From Octopus sinensis (Eukaryota): DNA of 64,000 nt. The stretch covers positions 67,704,001 to 67,768,000 of the forward strand of contig NC_043007.1 of assembly GCF_006345805.1 (NCBI RefSeq), read 5' to 3'. A program made the position numbers and the translations under genes. Below the pieces are notes generated by a model. It was not told the origin of the DNA. It made no database searches and saw only the letters and a program-made list of their open reading frames with translations. Numbering within the stretch: the first letter of the stretch is position 1; each line of letters opens with the position of its first letter. Shown piece after piece: positions 63,537-64,000 of this stretch.

Positions 63537-64000
63537 TGTATTCCTGAAAAACAACAACATTCCCACACTGATATATATTTAATCTGTGTCTTACAATAGC
63601 ATATTCAATGAAAGGTTAAGCTTGGTAATAATGTTAAAATAACCAGATGAGTTAGGTTCATAGAGAAAACAAGTAAAATAGTAGCTTTATCTGCGCCCTC
63701 TTCTCTCTGCCTTCACCAAACAAGTTTTTAACTTCATAGGTCAGAGTGTATAAACAGTTTAGAAATCTTGTTGCATTTTACTCACAGTTAAGAATGGAAT
63801 GAGACTTTGGGGTTTTTTTATTTGTATATTAATTAATGTACTTAATTTTTTTATTCCACATAAATTTCACAATTAATTCATATGTGAAAATTTATTGGGG
63901 TTAGACGTATGAAATGCCTGTCTTTTAGTAAAAGAAGGTGTTATTGGTGTTATAAATATGTCTGTGAATAAAGGTAGGCTATTAGCAATTCCAAAATCTA

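Overview
AT-rich, microsatellite- and SINE-dense eukaryotic DNA; the repeat content suggests an octopod cephalopod (Octopus), which is inferred from repeat character and not from a database search. I can support only one host coding segment: a minus-strand first coding exon (CDS 51166-51353) with a strong polypyrimidine/CAG acceptor and an AAG|GTAAG donor. It encodes a Cys-rich N-terminus and the start of a PH domain closely resembling PLEKHD1. No convincing exon 2 was found, so most of 1-51165 is probably a >50-kb intron. The rest is a layered transposon graveyard: three interleaved tRNA-derived SINE families with shuffled modules, RTE LINE remnants with (GAT)n tails, Penelope-like (Naiad-type) fragments, R4/Dong and CR1/L2-group LINE remnants, two Tc1/mariner lineages, a hAT remnant, piggyBac-, Merlin/hAT- and pogo-type MITEs, two long fold-back palindromes and 20-/35-bp minisatellites. 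Almost all ORFs in the supplied track are microsatellite or SINE artefacts. No CRISPR, rRNA or genuine tRNA gene was seen, and I found no clearly new multi-gene system. The best leads are the uORF/Cys-cluster architecture of the PLEKHD1-like exon, a TSD-bounded tetrameric SINE, a SINE-head/R4 chimera, hammerhead-like Penelope termini and a fish-like CR1/L2 fragment. Most repeat boundaries are approximate (about +/-20 bp).
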